Source: Promethearchaeota archaeon
Lineage (GTDB): Archaea > Asgardarchaeota > Lokiarchaeia > Sigyniarchaeales > SOKP01
DNA length: 63,511 nucleotides
Assembly (NCBI GenBank): GCA_048940645.1
Contig: JBHLOI010000017.1
Location: forward strand, 1-63,511
Direction of reading: 5' to 3'
Position numbers and translations under genes: made by a program. The notes beneath the pieces were generated by a model. That model was not told the origin of the DNA. It worked only from the letters and a program-made list of their open reading frames with translations, and searched no databases. Shown one piece after another: positions 21,501-31,316 of this stretch. The first letter of the stretch is position 1. Each line of letters starts with the position of its first letter.

Positions 21501-21984
21501 CTATTAGAACGCATAGTGCTTGTGTTGTTCCTCCAGCGGCTCTTATTGGTCCGGCAAAATATAGTGATAAATATTTGTTTCCTTGCTTGTCATTTCTTAT
21601 AAGAATCTTTGAAATTCCTTCTAGGGGAGCACTGACAACACCCATGGTTTTTATTGCTAAACCTACTCTAATAGATCTTTCCACTCTTTCTTCTAATGAT
21701 TCAATATTTCCAATTTTTTGATCTAAAATATCTGAAACTACTTGAAATACTATTTCATCATCACTTTTCCCCCTAACCTTAAGTTCTCTTATGGTTTCAG
21801 CGATTCCTTCTGGTCCGACAAGTTTCTCAACCCTTCCAGCTAAATCTCTCGCTTGCGGAGACTCTACATATAGTTCTGGGTCTAAACCTTTTTTACGGGC
21901 TTTTTCTGCAAGATCATAACATTTATCAACTTGTTTTTGAATCGCTACAAAGTAATCTTCCATTTCTCTGCTCATTTCGACCAT
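18520..21984 (-). CDS. polC: DNA polymerase D large subunit DP2
   Basis: FAGPIRAAGGT, RIRYGRSRNTG, GTRMGRPEK, HAAKRRNCDGDED catalytic motif, C-terminal Zn finger. Confidence 0.98.
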   Translation of the reverse strand: MVEMSREMEDYFVAIQKQVDKCYDLAEKARKKGLDPELYVESPQARDLAGRVEKLVGPEGIAETIRELKVRGKSDDEIVFQVVSDILDQKIGNIESLEERVERSIRVGLAIKTMGVVSAPLEGISKILIRNDKQGNKYLSLYFAGPIRAAGGTTQALCVLIADYVREKTRIPKFEATEAEIGRYVEEVKLYDRRVHLQYPSSNDEIRFAVKHLPVEINGDSTEDEEVSAFRNLPRIETNKIRGGACLVLNDGILLKAPKLLKIAKSMNLESWNWLADLKKVANKGENKNLVVHKTGVKNGNKEEKIKILPNSKFVADIIAGRPVFSHPSEIGGHRIRYGRSRNTGLAAAGINPATMGILDDFISIGTQLRIERPGKSTSVCPVNSIEPPIVKLKNGNVIKINSYKMANDYFPKLEKVLFLGDILFGFGEFAENNHTLVPSGYVEEWWALELEKAVENLQNIDQKIRNYIINPFECRPTADEAIEISLNYNIPLHPSYIDFWGNISIEELDLLRKAFISNFSVQNEKIILDNTKEIKDVLEKAFILHKVKDNKIFFKKAMNKIYKVLFNLKDKKSIKYSKEDDVFSYFFKASSIIVKNKAPYFMGTRMGRPEKSERKSMKGVHTLFPLSDKVGNSRSVEKARELQKVQIDVCRRMCPKCGAVSIFNLCPKCKTHTELKSICIKCKNLFPASDPNENEKCPKCGETLKSSSEAIFNIKSHIDSVLNSLQVSFPKKIKGIFGLTNTFKIPEPIEKGILRAKNDVLVYKTAEIRYDATDIPLTHFKAEEIGVPIERLRDLGYTHDYKGDPLHDKKQIVELRVQDVIISNDCADYLIKVSRFLDDELEYFYELDRFYNISEKIDLVGHLLVGLAPHTSAGIIGRIIGFSPARSIYAHPYWHAAKRRNCDGDEDGIMLLLDPLLNFSRHYLPSKIGGRMDATLVIGTFLDPNEIDVEAHNVDTLYKYPLEFYEASEKFVSPSKVETLMKLVESRLGTPEQYENIGFNIPTKNINEGPTVTAYKTYESMDNKIDAQLHLAEIIKSVNAKKVAEKILTSHFNPDILGNLRKFSIQEFRCVKCNEKYRRPPLSNAGNCPKCGNRVILTVNRGGIEKYIPRAIKLCKQFNLDEYTIQRMELIEEYVESLTNNPRIKQQKLSDFF

Positions 21985-22255
21985 TGATAACCAACTTAAA
22001 AATGGATTATGTTAAGTTTTCTAAGAGAGTTAATCTTGTTAATAATCCTAAACCAATAAATTGATTTATTAATAGGCTAATTGAAACCTTATTTTTTAAT
22101 AAATAGAGATAAAAGATTTTTAGTTGTTTCAATAATATTGATATTTTAAACACTCCCTATTTATAAAAAGTAAAAATTTGTTTTTTGTTTAATAATAAAC
22201 CATTAAATTTTGTCTCCACATTAATACAATAATTAATATTCTGGTAGAGAAAAAA

Positions 22256-24016
22256 TTGGAAAAGGATTTGACAGACGAAAAGCGAATAATAATTAATGCA
22301 CTCGTTAATTCTGGCATAAATATTACACCTCAAAGTTTGAAATCAATATTAGATTTAAAAAACCCTCTAAAAGATTTGAGTAATCTAATAAAGGAATTAA
22401 GCTTTATTCCAAATTTTAATAGTCATTTAACAGAAAGTATTTTAAAAAAAATATCAAATGAAGAATTGCAAAAAGTACTGAAAAGAACAATTGAAAAATC
22501 AAGGGATTTACAGGTTGAAAAGAAATCTACCGTAGATAATAGAAAATTGAAGAAACTTAAAAGTTCTAACCTTGAGATAAAAACTCAAGAATCAAAAGTT
22601 CAAAGGGAGGAAATAGCCACACAATTGCATAATAAATTAGAAGATATAAGCTATAATTCTACTGAGAGCTTTTTTACAAAAGAAAAGTTAAAGATTCAAC
22701 AATTTGGATCAACTAAATCCAATATAAAAGTCAATCCTGTTGCTAAAGACTTTGAATTTGACTATACAATTTTAAAAGATCCAACAGGGAAATTATATAC
22801 CAATGGAGAGTATTCTGATTTTTATCAGTTAACACTAGATAAGTTCAAAAAATTACACACATTAATGAGAAAAAGACCCGAGGTACTTTCTGCAGTTTCC
22901 ATTAAGAATATTCTTAGATTGTCAAGAGATGTGGAAATATCCACTATAGGATTAGTTAAAAATATTCGTCAAACCAAAAATGGGAACTATTTCTTAGAAT
23001 TGGAAGATTTAACAGGTAGAATTAATGTACTTGTTAGAAAAGATTCTGAAGATCAGGAATCGATAAAAACAGTTAAAAGAATTGTTTTTGATCAAATGCT
23101 ATATGTAAAAGGAATGTATAATTCAGGTGAAAAGTTTAAAAATGGAATAATTTTTGCTGAATACATCTCAAAAATAGATATACCCACAGACTATCAACCT
23201 AATAGATCTACTTTTCCAATTTCTCTTGCATTAATTTCAGATACACATATTGGCAGCAATGAATTTGAAGAACCCATGTTTAAAAGATTTTTAAATTTTT
23301 TAAATGGTAAAGTCGGTAATAAGAAATTAAGAGAAATTGCGGGGAGAGTAAAGTATATAATAATAAATGGTGATCTAGTTGATGGGATTGGAGTCTATCC
23401 AAATCAACAAAATGATTTAATAATTTCTGATATTTATAAGCAATTTAAAAAAGCTTCAGAGTTACTATCCGAAATTCCCGATTATATTAAAATTTTTTAT
23501 GTATCTGGTAATCATGAACCAGTTAGGAATGCATTACCTAGACCCGCAGTGCCAAAAAAATATTGCGGAGCTTTAATTGATCTAAATGTTACATGTTTAG
23601 GAAATCCTTCTTTACTCAAAACTCATAATGTAAACACACTTATTTATCATGGAGAAAGTATTCATGATATGAATTTGTTAATTCATGATTTAGATATAAA
23701 TAAACCTATTGATGCTATGAAAGAATTTCTCATTTGTAGACATTTAGCACCAATTTTCGGTGAAAAAACACAAATTGCACCAGCAGAAAAAGATTTTCTA
23801 GTAATAGATAAAATTCCTGATATTTTTCATACTGGTCACATTCACATAAATGGAAGTGGGAAATACAATAACGTAACCTTGATTAATTCTGGATGCTTTC
23901 AAGCCCAAACAGATTTTATGAAAAGTTTTGGAATAGATCCAACTCCTGGAATTGTTCCGATTATTGAATTAGATACGTTGAAGGCATTTGAATTAGATTT
24001 AAAAAGTAATAATTAA
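22256..24016 (+). CDS. polB: DNA polymerase D small subunit DP1 (3'-5' exonuclease)
   Basis: OB fold LELEDLTG; phosphoesterase motifs ISDTHIGS, GDLVDGIGVYP, GNHE, YHG, HLAP, GHIH. Confidence 0.96.
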   Translation: MEKDLTDEKRIIINALVNSGINITPQSLKSILDLKNPLKDLSNLIKELSFIPNFNSHLTESILKKISNEELQKVLKRTIEKSRDLQVEKKSTVDNRKLKKLKSSNLEIKTQESKVQREEIATQLHNKLEDISYNSTESFFTKEKLKIQQFGSTKSNIKVNPVAKDFEFDYTILKDPTGKLYTNGEYSDFYQLTLDKFKKLHTLMRKRPEVLSAVSIKNILRLSRDVEISTIGLVKNIRQTKNGNYFLELEDLTGRINVLVRKDSEDQESIKTVKRIVFDQMLYVKGMYNSGEKFKNGIIFAEYISKIDIPTDYQPNRSTFPISLALISDTHIGSNEFEEPMFKRFLNFLNGKVGNKKLREIAGRVKYIIINGDLVDGIGVYPNQQNDLIISDIYKQFKKASELLSEIPDYIKIFYVSGNHEPVRNALPRPAVPKKYCGALIDLNVTCLGNPSLLKTHNVNTLIYHGESIHDMNLLIHDLDINKPIDAMKEFLICRHLAPIFGEKTQIAPAEKDFLVIDKIPDIFHTGHIHINGSGKYNNVTLINSGCFQAQTDFMKSFGIDPTPGIVPIIELDTLKAFELDLKSNN

Positions 24017-24049
24017 TAAATTTAAATAAACAGAACAAAACTATTCTTT

Positions 24050-24733
24050 ATGTCTTTTTCAATTCCTCGTCAAAACATATCAGAAATGGTATTATATATA
24101 TGGAAAATCATAAACTTTCCAGAGATTACATATGGAAATCTACTGTTTAAAATCACTTTTGAATTATTTCTTTATTCTCCGGATGAAGCAAAAGTTTTCA
24201 TTGAAGATGCTATAAAAAATGAACTTCTTATTCAGGATGATCATAAAAATCTTAAATTATCCGAGAATTTGAATTCCAAATTTCAAGCTTGGCAAAAGAA
24301 TCGTAAGAATGAAATTTTACGAAAAATAGCTTCTTATCATAAACAAAGTGAACTTAAGGATACTCTAGAACAAAATAATAAGGATGAATTTAATATTCTT
24401 TTAAAAGGATTCACAAACAAACTAACTCTTAATCGAGCGGTAGGAGTTTTAGAATCTGCGTTTAATTTAAATAAAGTTGATTTAAATGAAGGATTAATAC
24501 TTGGCAAAGTTATAGGATCGAAAGAAGAACCTTATCTGTTTAAAATAGATGTAAATAAAAAAGAGTTAAAACACAATTGCCATGATTTTCAAACAAGAAG
24601 AGCCAAAGAAAAAAAATTCTGTAAACATTTAATTAGATTATTCTTATTATTAAAAGAAAAAGACCAAAAAATAGCAGTTTTTTTTCTTAAAAAAATTAGT
24701 GATAATATTGAAAAATGGGACTTTTCAGATTAA
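24050..24733 (+). CDS. Hypothetical protein with C-terminal SWIM-type Zn finger
   Basis: V.GSKEEPY...ID......HNCHDF........FCKHL pattern. Confidence 0.75.
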   Translation: MSFSIPRQNISEMVLYIWKIINFPEITYGNLLFKITFELFLYSPDEAKVFIEDAIKNELLIQDDHKNLKLSENLNSKFQAWQKNRKNEILRKIASYHKQSELKDTLEQNNKDEFNILLKGFTNKLTLNRAVGVLESAFNLNKVDLNEGLILGKVIGSKEEPYLFKIDVNKKELKHNCHDFQTRRAKEKKFCKHLIRLFLLLKEKDQKIAVFFLKKISDNIEKWDFSD

Positions 24734-26052
24734 ATTAGCTTTCTAAAAACACTATTCTTTATTTTAACCTTATCAGTCAATAAAACTATGGGCTTATGGT
24801 TTAAAATACCACTGATTCGAATTTTTTCTATTTGAGATAAAGCCCGCTCGACTAAATCTTTTTCAATATCAAAATTAATCAACTTTGTCCTTCCGTAATG
24901 TCCCATGGATTTAGTGTTTGCGGTTATTATTCCTGCTAGAGATAATTCATTTATATAATCACTTATCCTTCTTTGGGTTAATTTTTTTATACCAGGTACT
25001 TTTTCAGCTAATTCTGAATGGGTTTCATATATATCTCCAGAGGTGATGATATGACCTTTTCCAAACTTTATTAGAAGATGAATTGCCGTTAATGTCAATT
25101 GTGCTTGAAGTGGCATCGATAAAATATATTCTACTACATGATCTTTTTCGAGATCTTTTTGCGCCTTAGTTATATCTGATTCTGAAATCACTTTGTGCTG
25201 TTTTCTCTCAGCAAGCTCTCCTGCTTTTCTTAATAATTGAAGCGCTTTTCTAGCATCCCCGTGCTCTTTTGCAGCTAAACCAGCACAAAGCTTTATAACA
25301 CCTTGATCTAACACTTTTTCATTAAAAGCAATTCTTGAGCGTTGGATTAATATATCAGCTAATTCATTAGCATTATAAGGATGAAATACTATTGGTTCTT
25401 GCCCTGACAATCCAGATGTAACTCTTGAATCCAAATATTCCATGAACCTCAATTTATTTGATATGCCTATTATACATGCTCTGCATGAATCTAAGTTCTC
25501 ATTCAACCTTGTTAAATCATATAAAATTTCATTTCCTTCTCTTTTTTTAATAAGAATATCAATCTCATCTAAAACAAGAAAACAAACGCTATTTTTGATG
25601 CGTATGTCTAATAATCCTAATAATTTTTTAAAAATTATATCTTTTGGCAATCCAGTTGGTGGTATTTTTTCTTTTCCTTCTATCGTATTATATATATGAG
25701 CTAGAATACGATAAGGAGTAGAAACGATGTTGCAGTTTATATAAATCCACCATGGAAGATTTTTTTCACAATGTTGAGCTATTTTTTGACTGATATACCT
25801 AATCGTAGCAGTTTTACCTGTACCAGTCATACCATAGCATAAGAAGCTAGGAGGTACATCTCCTTCTAACGCGCATGCTGTTATCCCTGCAATTTTCTTT
25901 ATTTCTTTATCTCGATGTGGTAATTCTTCAGGAACATATGAAGGTTCTAAAGCTTCACGCATTTTAAATATTTTTGGTCCTTTCAAATATTTCTTATAAA
26001 ACCTATCAATATTAAAAGAGTGATTATCATTATTCTTTGTATTAGTCAACAA
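24730..26052 (-). CDS. cdc6: Orc1/Cdc6 replication initiator
   Basis: L.PSYVPEELPHRD, GMTGTGKT, YINC, LVLDEID, GDARKA, C-terminal wHTH QRRISDYINEL...G..GRT. Confidence 0.97.
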   Translation of the reverse strand: MLTNTKNNDNHSFNIDRFYKKYLKGPKIFKMREALEPSYVPEELPHRDKEIKKIAGITACALEGDVPPSFLCYGMTGTGKTATIRYISQKIAQHCEKNLPWWIYINCNIVSTPYRILAHIYNTIEGKEKIPPTGLPKDIIFKKLLGLLDIRIKNSVCFLVLDEIDILIKKREGNEILYDLTRLNENLDSCRACIIGISNKLRFMEYLDSRVTSGLSGQEPIVFHPYNANELADILIQRSRIAFNEKVLDQGVIKLCAGLAAKEHGDARKALQLLRKAGELAERKQHKVISESDITKAQKDLEKDHVVEYILSMPLQAQLTLTAIHLLIKFGKGHIITSGDIYETHSELAEKVPGIKKLTQRRISDYINELSLAGIITANTKSMGHYGRTKLINFDIEKDLVERALSQIEKIRISGILNHKPIVLLTDKVKIKNSVFRKLI

Positions 26053-26315
26053 ACAATTACACCTACTTTATAATTTTTGATAATAAACATTTAAAAATAT
26101 CATGTTAACCGACAAATTAATTGAGAGCAATTAAGCCCTTAATATATATTGATTTGCCTTATCCGTAATTTTTAATATTACAGTCTCACTTTTAAAAGAT
26201 AATTATTTATCGAATAATATTATTAATGATTTATTATTTAGCTTTTAATTTAACAATATTTATTTTAAATAAATTATTATTTTATCTAATTTCTCTTATA
26301 GCTCACTTAATAAAT

Positions 26316-27089
26316 ATGTCAAAAACGGAAAATAATGCGATTCTCATAAAGAGAAATACAAAAATAGCAAAAATTTTAGCCTTAAGTTTTGCCTGTTTGT
26401 TTATTATGAACTTTGCTATTATCTCCATCATATTTACATGGACGGATTGGGTGGCTCTTCTAATTTTTAGTTTGTTATTTATAACACCAGGTTATATATC
26501 AAACGCAGGAATGGTGATAGTTGGTAAAGGTAAACCGATAGATGGAGGCAAATTCTGTAAAGATGGGAGAAGAATACTAGGAGATCATAAAACATGGAGG
26601 GGATTAATTTTTGGCCCACTCTATATAGGTATACCGATCTCTTTTGGAATTTTTCTATTATTCCTTGCATTATGGCCCGCAATTGAGGTAATCCCTGTTT
26701 CTGGAGCAGCACAAGGAATTTATAAACTCTATTCCGATATATTCTATTATAAATTCTATTTTATTGGAGGAGAATTCCCAATTGGATTATTAATGATATT
26801 AATTAGAATAATTCTTTGTTCTTACGGAGCGGCTATTGGAGACTTAATTGGGTCTTTTTTTAAAAGAAGGTTAAACATTCAAAGTGGAGCACCGTTTTGG
26901 ATAATTGATCAACTTGATTTTGTATCAATAGCAATTCTTTTGGGATCTATACCGACATTAATTTTCCCAGGGACTTATTTAGCACCCGATATTTACATAA
27001 TAATATTTTTATTGATTTTAACCCCTACAGTGAGTATTATTGCAAATACCGTAGCCTATATTGTAGGTTTAAAAGATGTTCCTTGGTAA
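26316..27089 (+). CDS. carS: CDP-archaeol synthase
   Basis: PGYISNA, PIDGG....DGRRILGDHKTWRG, GDLIGSFFKRRL, IDQLDF, GLKDVPW; start moved to ATG 26316 because upstream is AT-rich intergenic-like. Confidence 0.93.
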   Translation: MSKTENNAILIKRNTKIAKILALSFACLFIMNFAIISIIFTWTDWVALLIFSLLFITPGYISNAGMVIVGKGKPIDGGKFCKDGRRILGDHKTWRGLIFGPLYIGIPISFGIFLLFLALWPAIEVIPVSGAAQGIYKLYSDIFYYKFYFIGGEFPIGLLMILIRIILCSYGAAIGDLIGSFFKRRLNIQSGAPFWIIDQLDFVSIAILLGSIPTLIFPGTYLAPDIYIIIFLLILTPTVSIIANTVAYIVGLKDVPW

Positions 27090-27090
27090 T

Positions 27091-27642
27091 TTAGTGTTTT
27101 AGTTTCATAACTTTACACGAAATCTTTATCGGAGACCCACTATTTTGGAATATGATATATCTCTCAAGTAACTTATTGACGGCTTTTATATAATCTCCAT
27201 TTCTTCCTATAGCTATTCCTCTATCTTCAAAGGTAAGAAAATTTACTGATATTTCTCGTTTGCCAGAATAAATGTTGAATTCAACTTTGATATCATGAAT
27301 ATAAATATCTGGAAAAAAACTATGTACTAAATTAATAAGAGTATTCTCTGAACGAATTAATGCTAGTTTTCTGCAGAATTTTAACCTTATGGAATTCAAA
27401 TGTGTCTTTGCTTCAAAATAATACTTATTATCCACAAAATAAAAAACAAATTGATTAATTACTATAATATTTTTAGGATAAATTTTAGTCTTATTATAGA
27501 AATAATCATATAATTTAAGTTCAAAATTAGAATATTTTCTGATAAAAGTCAAAGTTTGATAAAAAATTAAATCATCTAAAATTGTGTAAAGCATACAAAA
27601 GAATTTTATCATGAAGAGATTTAAAGTCCTAAGAAAATTCAA
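27091..27642 (-). CDS. Divergent archaeal NusA-like KH-domain protein
   Basis: EDRGIAIGRNGDYIKAVNKL KH motif; first KH domain degenerate; start uncertain. Confidence 0.75.
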   Translation of the reverse strand: MNFLRTLNLFMIKFFCMLYTILDDLIFYQTLTFIRKYSNFELKLYDYFYNKTKIYPKNIIVINQFVFYFVDNKYYFEAKTHLNSIRLKFCRKLALIRSENTLINLVHSFFPDIYIHDIKVEFNIYSGKREISVNFLTFEDRGIAIGRNGDYIKAVNKLLERYIIFQNSGSPIKISCKVMKLKH

Positions 27643-27713
27643 GATATAGACAAAAAATTTAATAAAGTAAGATATTCTTTTTGAATTAATTGTATCTAAA
27701 TAGTTTTCAGATA

Positions 27714-28151
27714 ATGAAAAAGGCTGGATTTGAATTTAAAGACCATACAGCAGATGTACAAGTTAGAAGTTGGGGTAGAACATTAGAAGAAGCTTTCTCG
27801 CAAACAGCATTAAGTTTAATGTCTACAATTACACCTAATTTAAAAAAAATTTCCCCCCTCATCATAAAAAGTATTGAAATAAATTCTGAAGATATATACG
27901 CTTTATGTTTTGACTTTCTTTCTGAATTTCTTTATTTATTTGATGTAGACGAATTAGTTTTTAATGAAATTACTGTGGAGTTCATTAAAAAAAAAAATGA
28001 TGGATATAAGCTAAAAGCAACTGCTATAGGAGAGAAATTTGATCGAAGTAAGCATGAAATAGGAACAGAAGTAAAAGCAATAACCTATTCATTTATGAAT
28101 ATTGAAGAAAAAAAAGATAAAATTGAAATTGATATTACTTTTGATATATAG
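27714..28151 (+). CDS. Archease
   Basis: FEFKDHTADV, G.TLEEAF, GTEVKAITY, terminal FDI. Confidence 0.95.
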   Translation: MKKAGFEFKDHTADVQVRSWGRTLEEAFSQTALSLMSTITPNLKKISPLIIKSIEINSEDIYALCFDFLSEFLYLFDVDELVFNEITVEFIKKKNDGYKLKATAIGEKFDRSKHEIGTEVKAITYSFMNIEEKKDKIEIDITFDI

Positions 28152-28163
28152 ATCAACTATTTT

Positions 28164-29636
28164 TTAACCTTTCACAACACCAACAGGGACTAATCTAACT
28201 ACTTTTTCTACAATGTCTAAGTCATGGCTTACCTGAACAACTTGATCAATGTCTTTATAAGCTCCAGGTGCTTCTTCTGCTATTACTTTCATCGAAGCAG
28301 CTTTTACTAAAATTCCTCTATTACTTAAATCATCCTTTACCCTGGCACCCCAATATTTCTTCGTCGCTTTAGATCTAGACATAACTCTACCAGATCCATG
28401 AGCGGTAGATCCAAAAGAAAGTTCCATCGCTTTAGGCTTTCCCACACATAAATACGATGCACTTCCCATTGTACCTGGGATTAATGCTGGTTGTCCAATT
28501 TCTTTATATTCTTGAGGAAGTACTGGATGTCCTGGTGGAAATGCTCGAGTAGCACCTTTCCGATGCACATTTAATTTCATTTTTTTGCCATCGATTATAT
28601 GATCCTCGATTTTTAAAATATTATGACAAACTCCATAAATTAAATGTAAACCCAACTCATCAAAATTCTTATTAAAATGATGTTGGAAGGACTCTCTTAT
28701 CCAATGAGTTATCAATTGACGATTTGTAAACCCAAAATTAGCAGCACAAGCCATTTGACTAATATAATTCTGTGCTTCTGGAGTATCTGCAGGAACACAA
28801 GCTAATTCCCTATCTGGTACCTTAATATTATATTTTTTCATTGCTCGTTCTATGCTACGTAGTGAATCAGTGCAAACTTGATGACCAATTGCTCTTGAAC
28901 CAGTATGAATCATAACCATGATTTGGTTCTTTTCATATATTCCTAACTTTTTCGCAATGGATTTATTGTATATCTCATCAACTTTCTGAATTTCAAGAAA
29001 ATGATTACCGCTTCCTAATGATCCTAGTTGTTTAATTCCTCTTTCTTTAGCTTTTTTAGAAATTAGACTTGCATTAGCGTCTTTTAAACAACCCTCTTCT
29101 TCACAATGTTGAAGATCTTCTTCAATCGCATAGTCATTGTCTAAAGCCCAATTCATTCCTGTGTTTAATACTTTATCTAAGTCCGAATAGCTAATGTTGA
29201 GTTTTCCCTTTGAACCCAGACCTGAAGGTATATTTTTAAAAATTGTACTTAATAGGTTTGGAATGCTGCTTTGTATATCTTTAAACATTAAATTAGTTCT
29301 TAATAACCTAACTCCACAATTAATATCATACCCTACGCCCCCTGGTGATATCATTCCCGTATCTGCATCTGTACCAGCAACTCCACCAATACAAAAACCA
29401 TATCCCTGATGAGCATCTGAAAGTGCAATTACATGTTTTTCAACTCCTTGTAAACAAGCCACATTTGCTATTTGATCAAGAGTTCTGTCTCCCTTGATTT
29501 TTTCAAGAATGTATTCATTAGCATATATATGTACCGGCACTTTCATTTGAAACTTCTCAATTCTACCTTCAACTCGCGCCATCAACGTCTTAGGTGGTAT
29601 CTCGTATACATTGTCAGCAACTTTATTCACATTCAT
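28164..29636 (-). CDS. rtcB: tRNA-splicing ligase RtcB
   Basis: DAHQGYGF.IGGV, PGGVGYDINCG, GSLGSGNHFLE, HTGSR, HRKGAT, HGSGR, EEAPGAYKD. Confidence 0.98.
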   Translation of the reverse strand: MNVNKVADNVYEIPPKTLMARVEGRIEKFQMKVPVHIYANEYILEKIKGDRTLDQIANVACLQGVEKHVIALSDAHQGYGFCIGGVAGTDADTGMISPGGVGYDINCGVRLLRTNLMFKDIQSSIPNLLSTIFKNIPSGLGSKGKLNISYSDLDKVLNTGMNWALDNDYAIEEDLQHCEEEGCLKDANASLISKKAKERGIKQLGSLGSGNHFLEIQKVDEIYNKSIAKKLGIYEKNQIMVMIHTGSRAIGHQVCTDSLRSIERAMKKYNIKVPDRELACVPADTPEAQNYISQMACAANFGFTNRQLITHWIRESFQHHFNKNFDELGLHLIYGVCHNILKIEDHIIDGKKMKLNVHRKGATRAFPPGHPVLPQEYKEIGQPALIPGTMGSASYLCVGKPKAMELSFGSTAHGSGRVMSRSKATKKYWGARVKDDLSNRGILVKAASMKVIAEEAPGAYKDIDQVVQVSHDLDIVEKVVRLVPVGVVKG

Positions 29637-29784
29637 AATACAATAATTAATAAAAGAATTTTCATAAATTTTTTCCTTTAATTTAAAAATAATATTTCTT
29701 TACACTCCTTTAGATCATTTATTTGACAAAATGCCCACAAACAGAAACTACTAAAAAAGAGCTTTTAGATTAGCTAGAAGGTAT

Positions 29785-30870
29785 CTATTTAAGAAAATAC
29801 TGGCCATCTACTTTAGAAATTTTTGCATAATCTGAAAGTTCCTTAATTAAGAATGCTCTCTCAAGCTGAAATTTCTTATCATCTAATCTAATTCGAAAAG
29901 CAAGTTTCTTTTTATCGATTATTTCAATCCAATGAAGTTTTTCAAATAATTTTAAAATTTTTAAACCAAACTTTTCTTTTTCACTATACTGTTTTATATC
30001 ATCTATTATAGAATTCAATTTTTTTCTAAAAACATTCTCATTGTTAAAGTTAATAAGAAACTCTTTCTCCTCAGCTAAATTCATCCATAAAAAATAATCG
30101 TCATCATCTAAAATCCTACTGTAATTTAGAAAGTATCTTAAATTTTCATTCATTAACTCTATTCTTTTCTTTTTCATTATTTTCTCCTCAAAATATAAAT
30201 CTGTTGGTTTTAAATCCATTCTGCAATAATTGTCATGCTCTGAGTAAATAGCATTAACTAGTTTTATTCCAATAAAACCAAGCGTTCCTACGAAAAATTT
30301 ATAACTTTCATAACTTATGTTCCTGTAAATACCAACAATCTCCCAAATTAAAGTTGGATATTTGCTACTCTTATCTGTAATGATCTCAAATCGATAATCT
30401 TTCGCAGTTTTGTTCGCTAAAGCATAATTTTTAAATCGTTCAAGAAGATTCTTGATGGTCGAAAAATCTCGCATCTCAATATTTTTTAGAAGATACTTTC
30501 TGAAGCTAAATAGATAACTGGTTATCCTTCCAAATGTCAATCCACTATATCTATTCTTTTCCAATGATGGTTCATGTTGGGGTATTGTCGCTCTAAAGGA
30601 AAAACCCTCATAAAAACTGCTCATTCCAATATCAACGAATCTCTCAAAATCATCTAACCCCTTCCCCTTTTGGAATATATCCATAACCTTTTCCATCACA
30701 TAATTATAAAAGGCAGATACACTCCTAAATCTATCATCCTCAGGATTCTTCTGCCGATTCACACTTACATATCTCTCAATCCAATCCTTAAGAGCTGGAG
30801 ATATCGAAATTGACTGGTGAGTTGTTCTCTTTTCGGATAAAAATCTTTTTGATGTCATTTTTTTGAACAT
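29785..30870 (-). CDS. Hypothetical protein with possible N-terminal ribbon-helix-helix
   Basis: SISISPALKDWIERYV...FRSVSAF resembles RHH; remainder not recognised. Confidence 0.7.
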   Translation of the reverse strand: MFKKMTSKRFLSEKRTTHQSISISPALKDWIERYVSVNRQKNPEDDRFRSVSAFYNYVMEKVMDIFQKGKGLDDFERFVDIGMSSFYEGFSFRATIPQHEPSLEKNRYSGLTFGRITSYLFSFRKYLLKNIEMRDFSTIKNLLERFKNYALANKTAKDYRFEIITDKSSKYPTLIWEIVGIYRNISYESYKFFVGTLGFIGIKLVNAIYSEHDNYCRMDLKPTDLYFEEKIMKKKRIELMNENLRYFLNYSRILDDDDYFLWMNLAEEKEFLINFNNENVFRKKLNSIIDDIKQYSEKEKFGLKILKLFEKLHWIEIIDKKKLAFRIRLDDKKFQLERAFLIKELSDYAKISKVDGQYFLK

Positions 30871-31316
30871 TTTGTCTATTGTTCTAAGTTTCTAGTAATC
30901 ATGATGCTATAAAAACATGCTGGATTTTTTTGAAGCGCTAAATTAACCTATGCTTTCTAATAATAGAAGATTCAATTCAATTGAAATAGACAAAAAATTC
31001 AATATTTGATTAGAGGATGAGACTGCTCTTTTTTCTTTAATAAAATTAGAAAATATTATTGTAGAACTATAAGGATTTAGTTTTGGTACCGAAAGGTAAA
31101 TTCAGAGTCTGATTTCAATGAAAATTCCATTGAAATAAATCTTCACATTTATGTGTATAATGTGTTATTTATTCGATTTAAATCGAAGGAGGTCTTTATT
31201 TCCCTTTATTTCTTCTAAAATTGAAAGTTGAGTGTTATATTTAACTTGCCATTCTGAGAGAGTGAATGAATTGGTCATGAATTCTTGTCCCATGTTATTA
31301 TAAGAAATCAGATATT

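Noticed and set aside
26053-26315. Canonical ORB elements upstream of cdc6
   Set aside because: No ORB-like repeat or G-string found by eye
18520-29636. Inteins in DP2, Cdc6 or RtcB
   Set aside because: Proteins are normal length with no intein or LAGLIDADG motifs
30970-31230. Several ATTGAAA motifs resembling CRISPR repeat ends
   Set aside because: No conserved full repeat, irregular spacing, no cas genes
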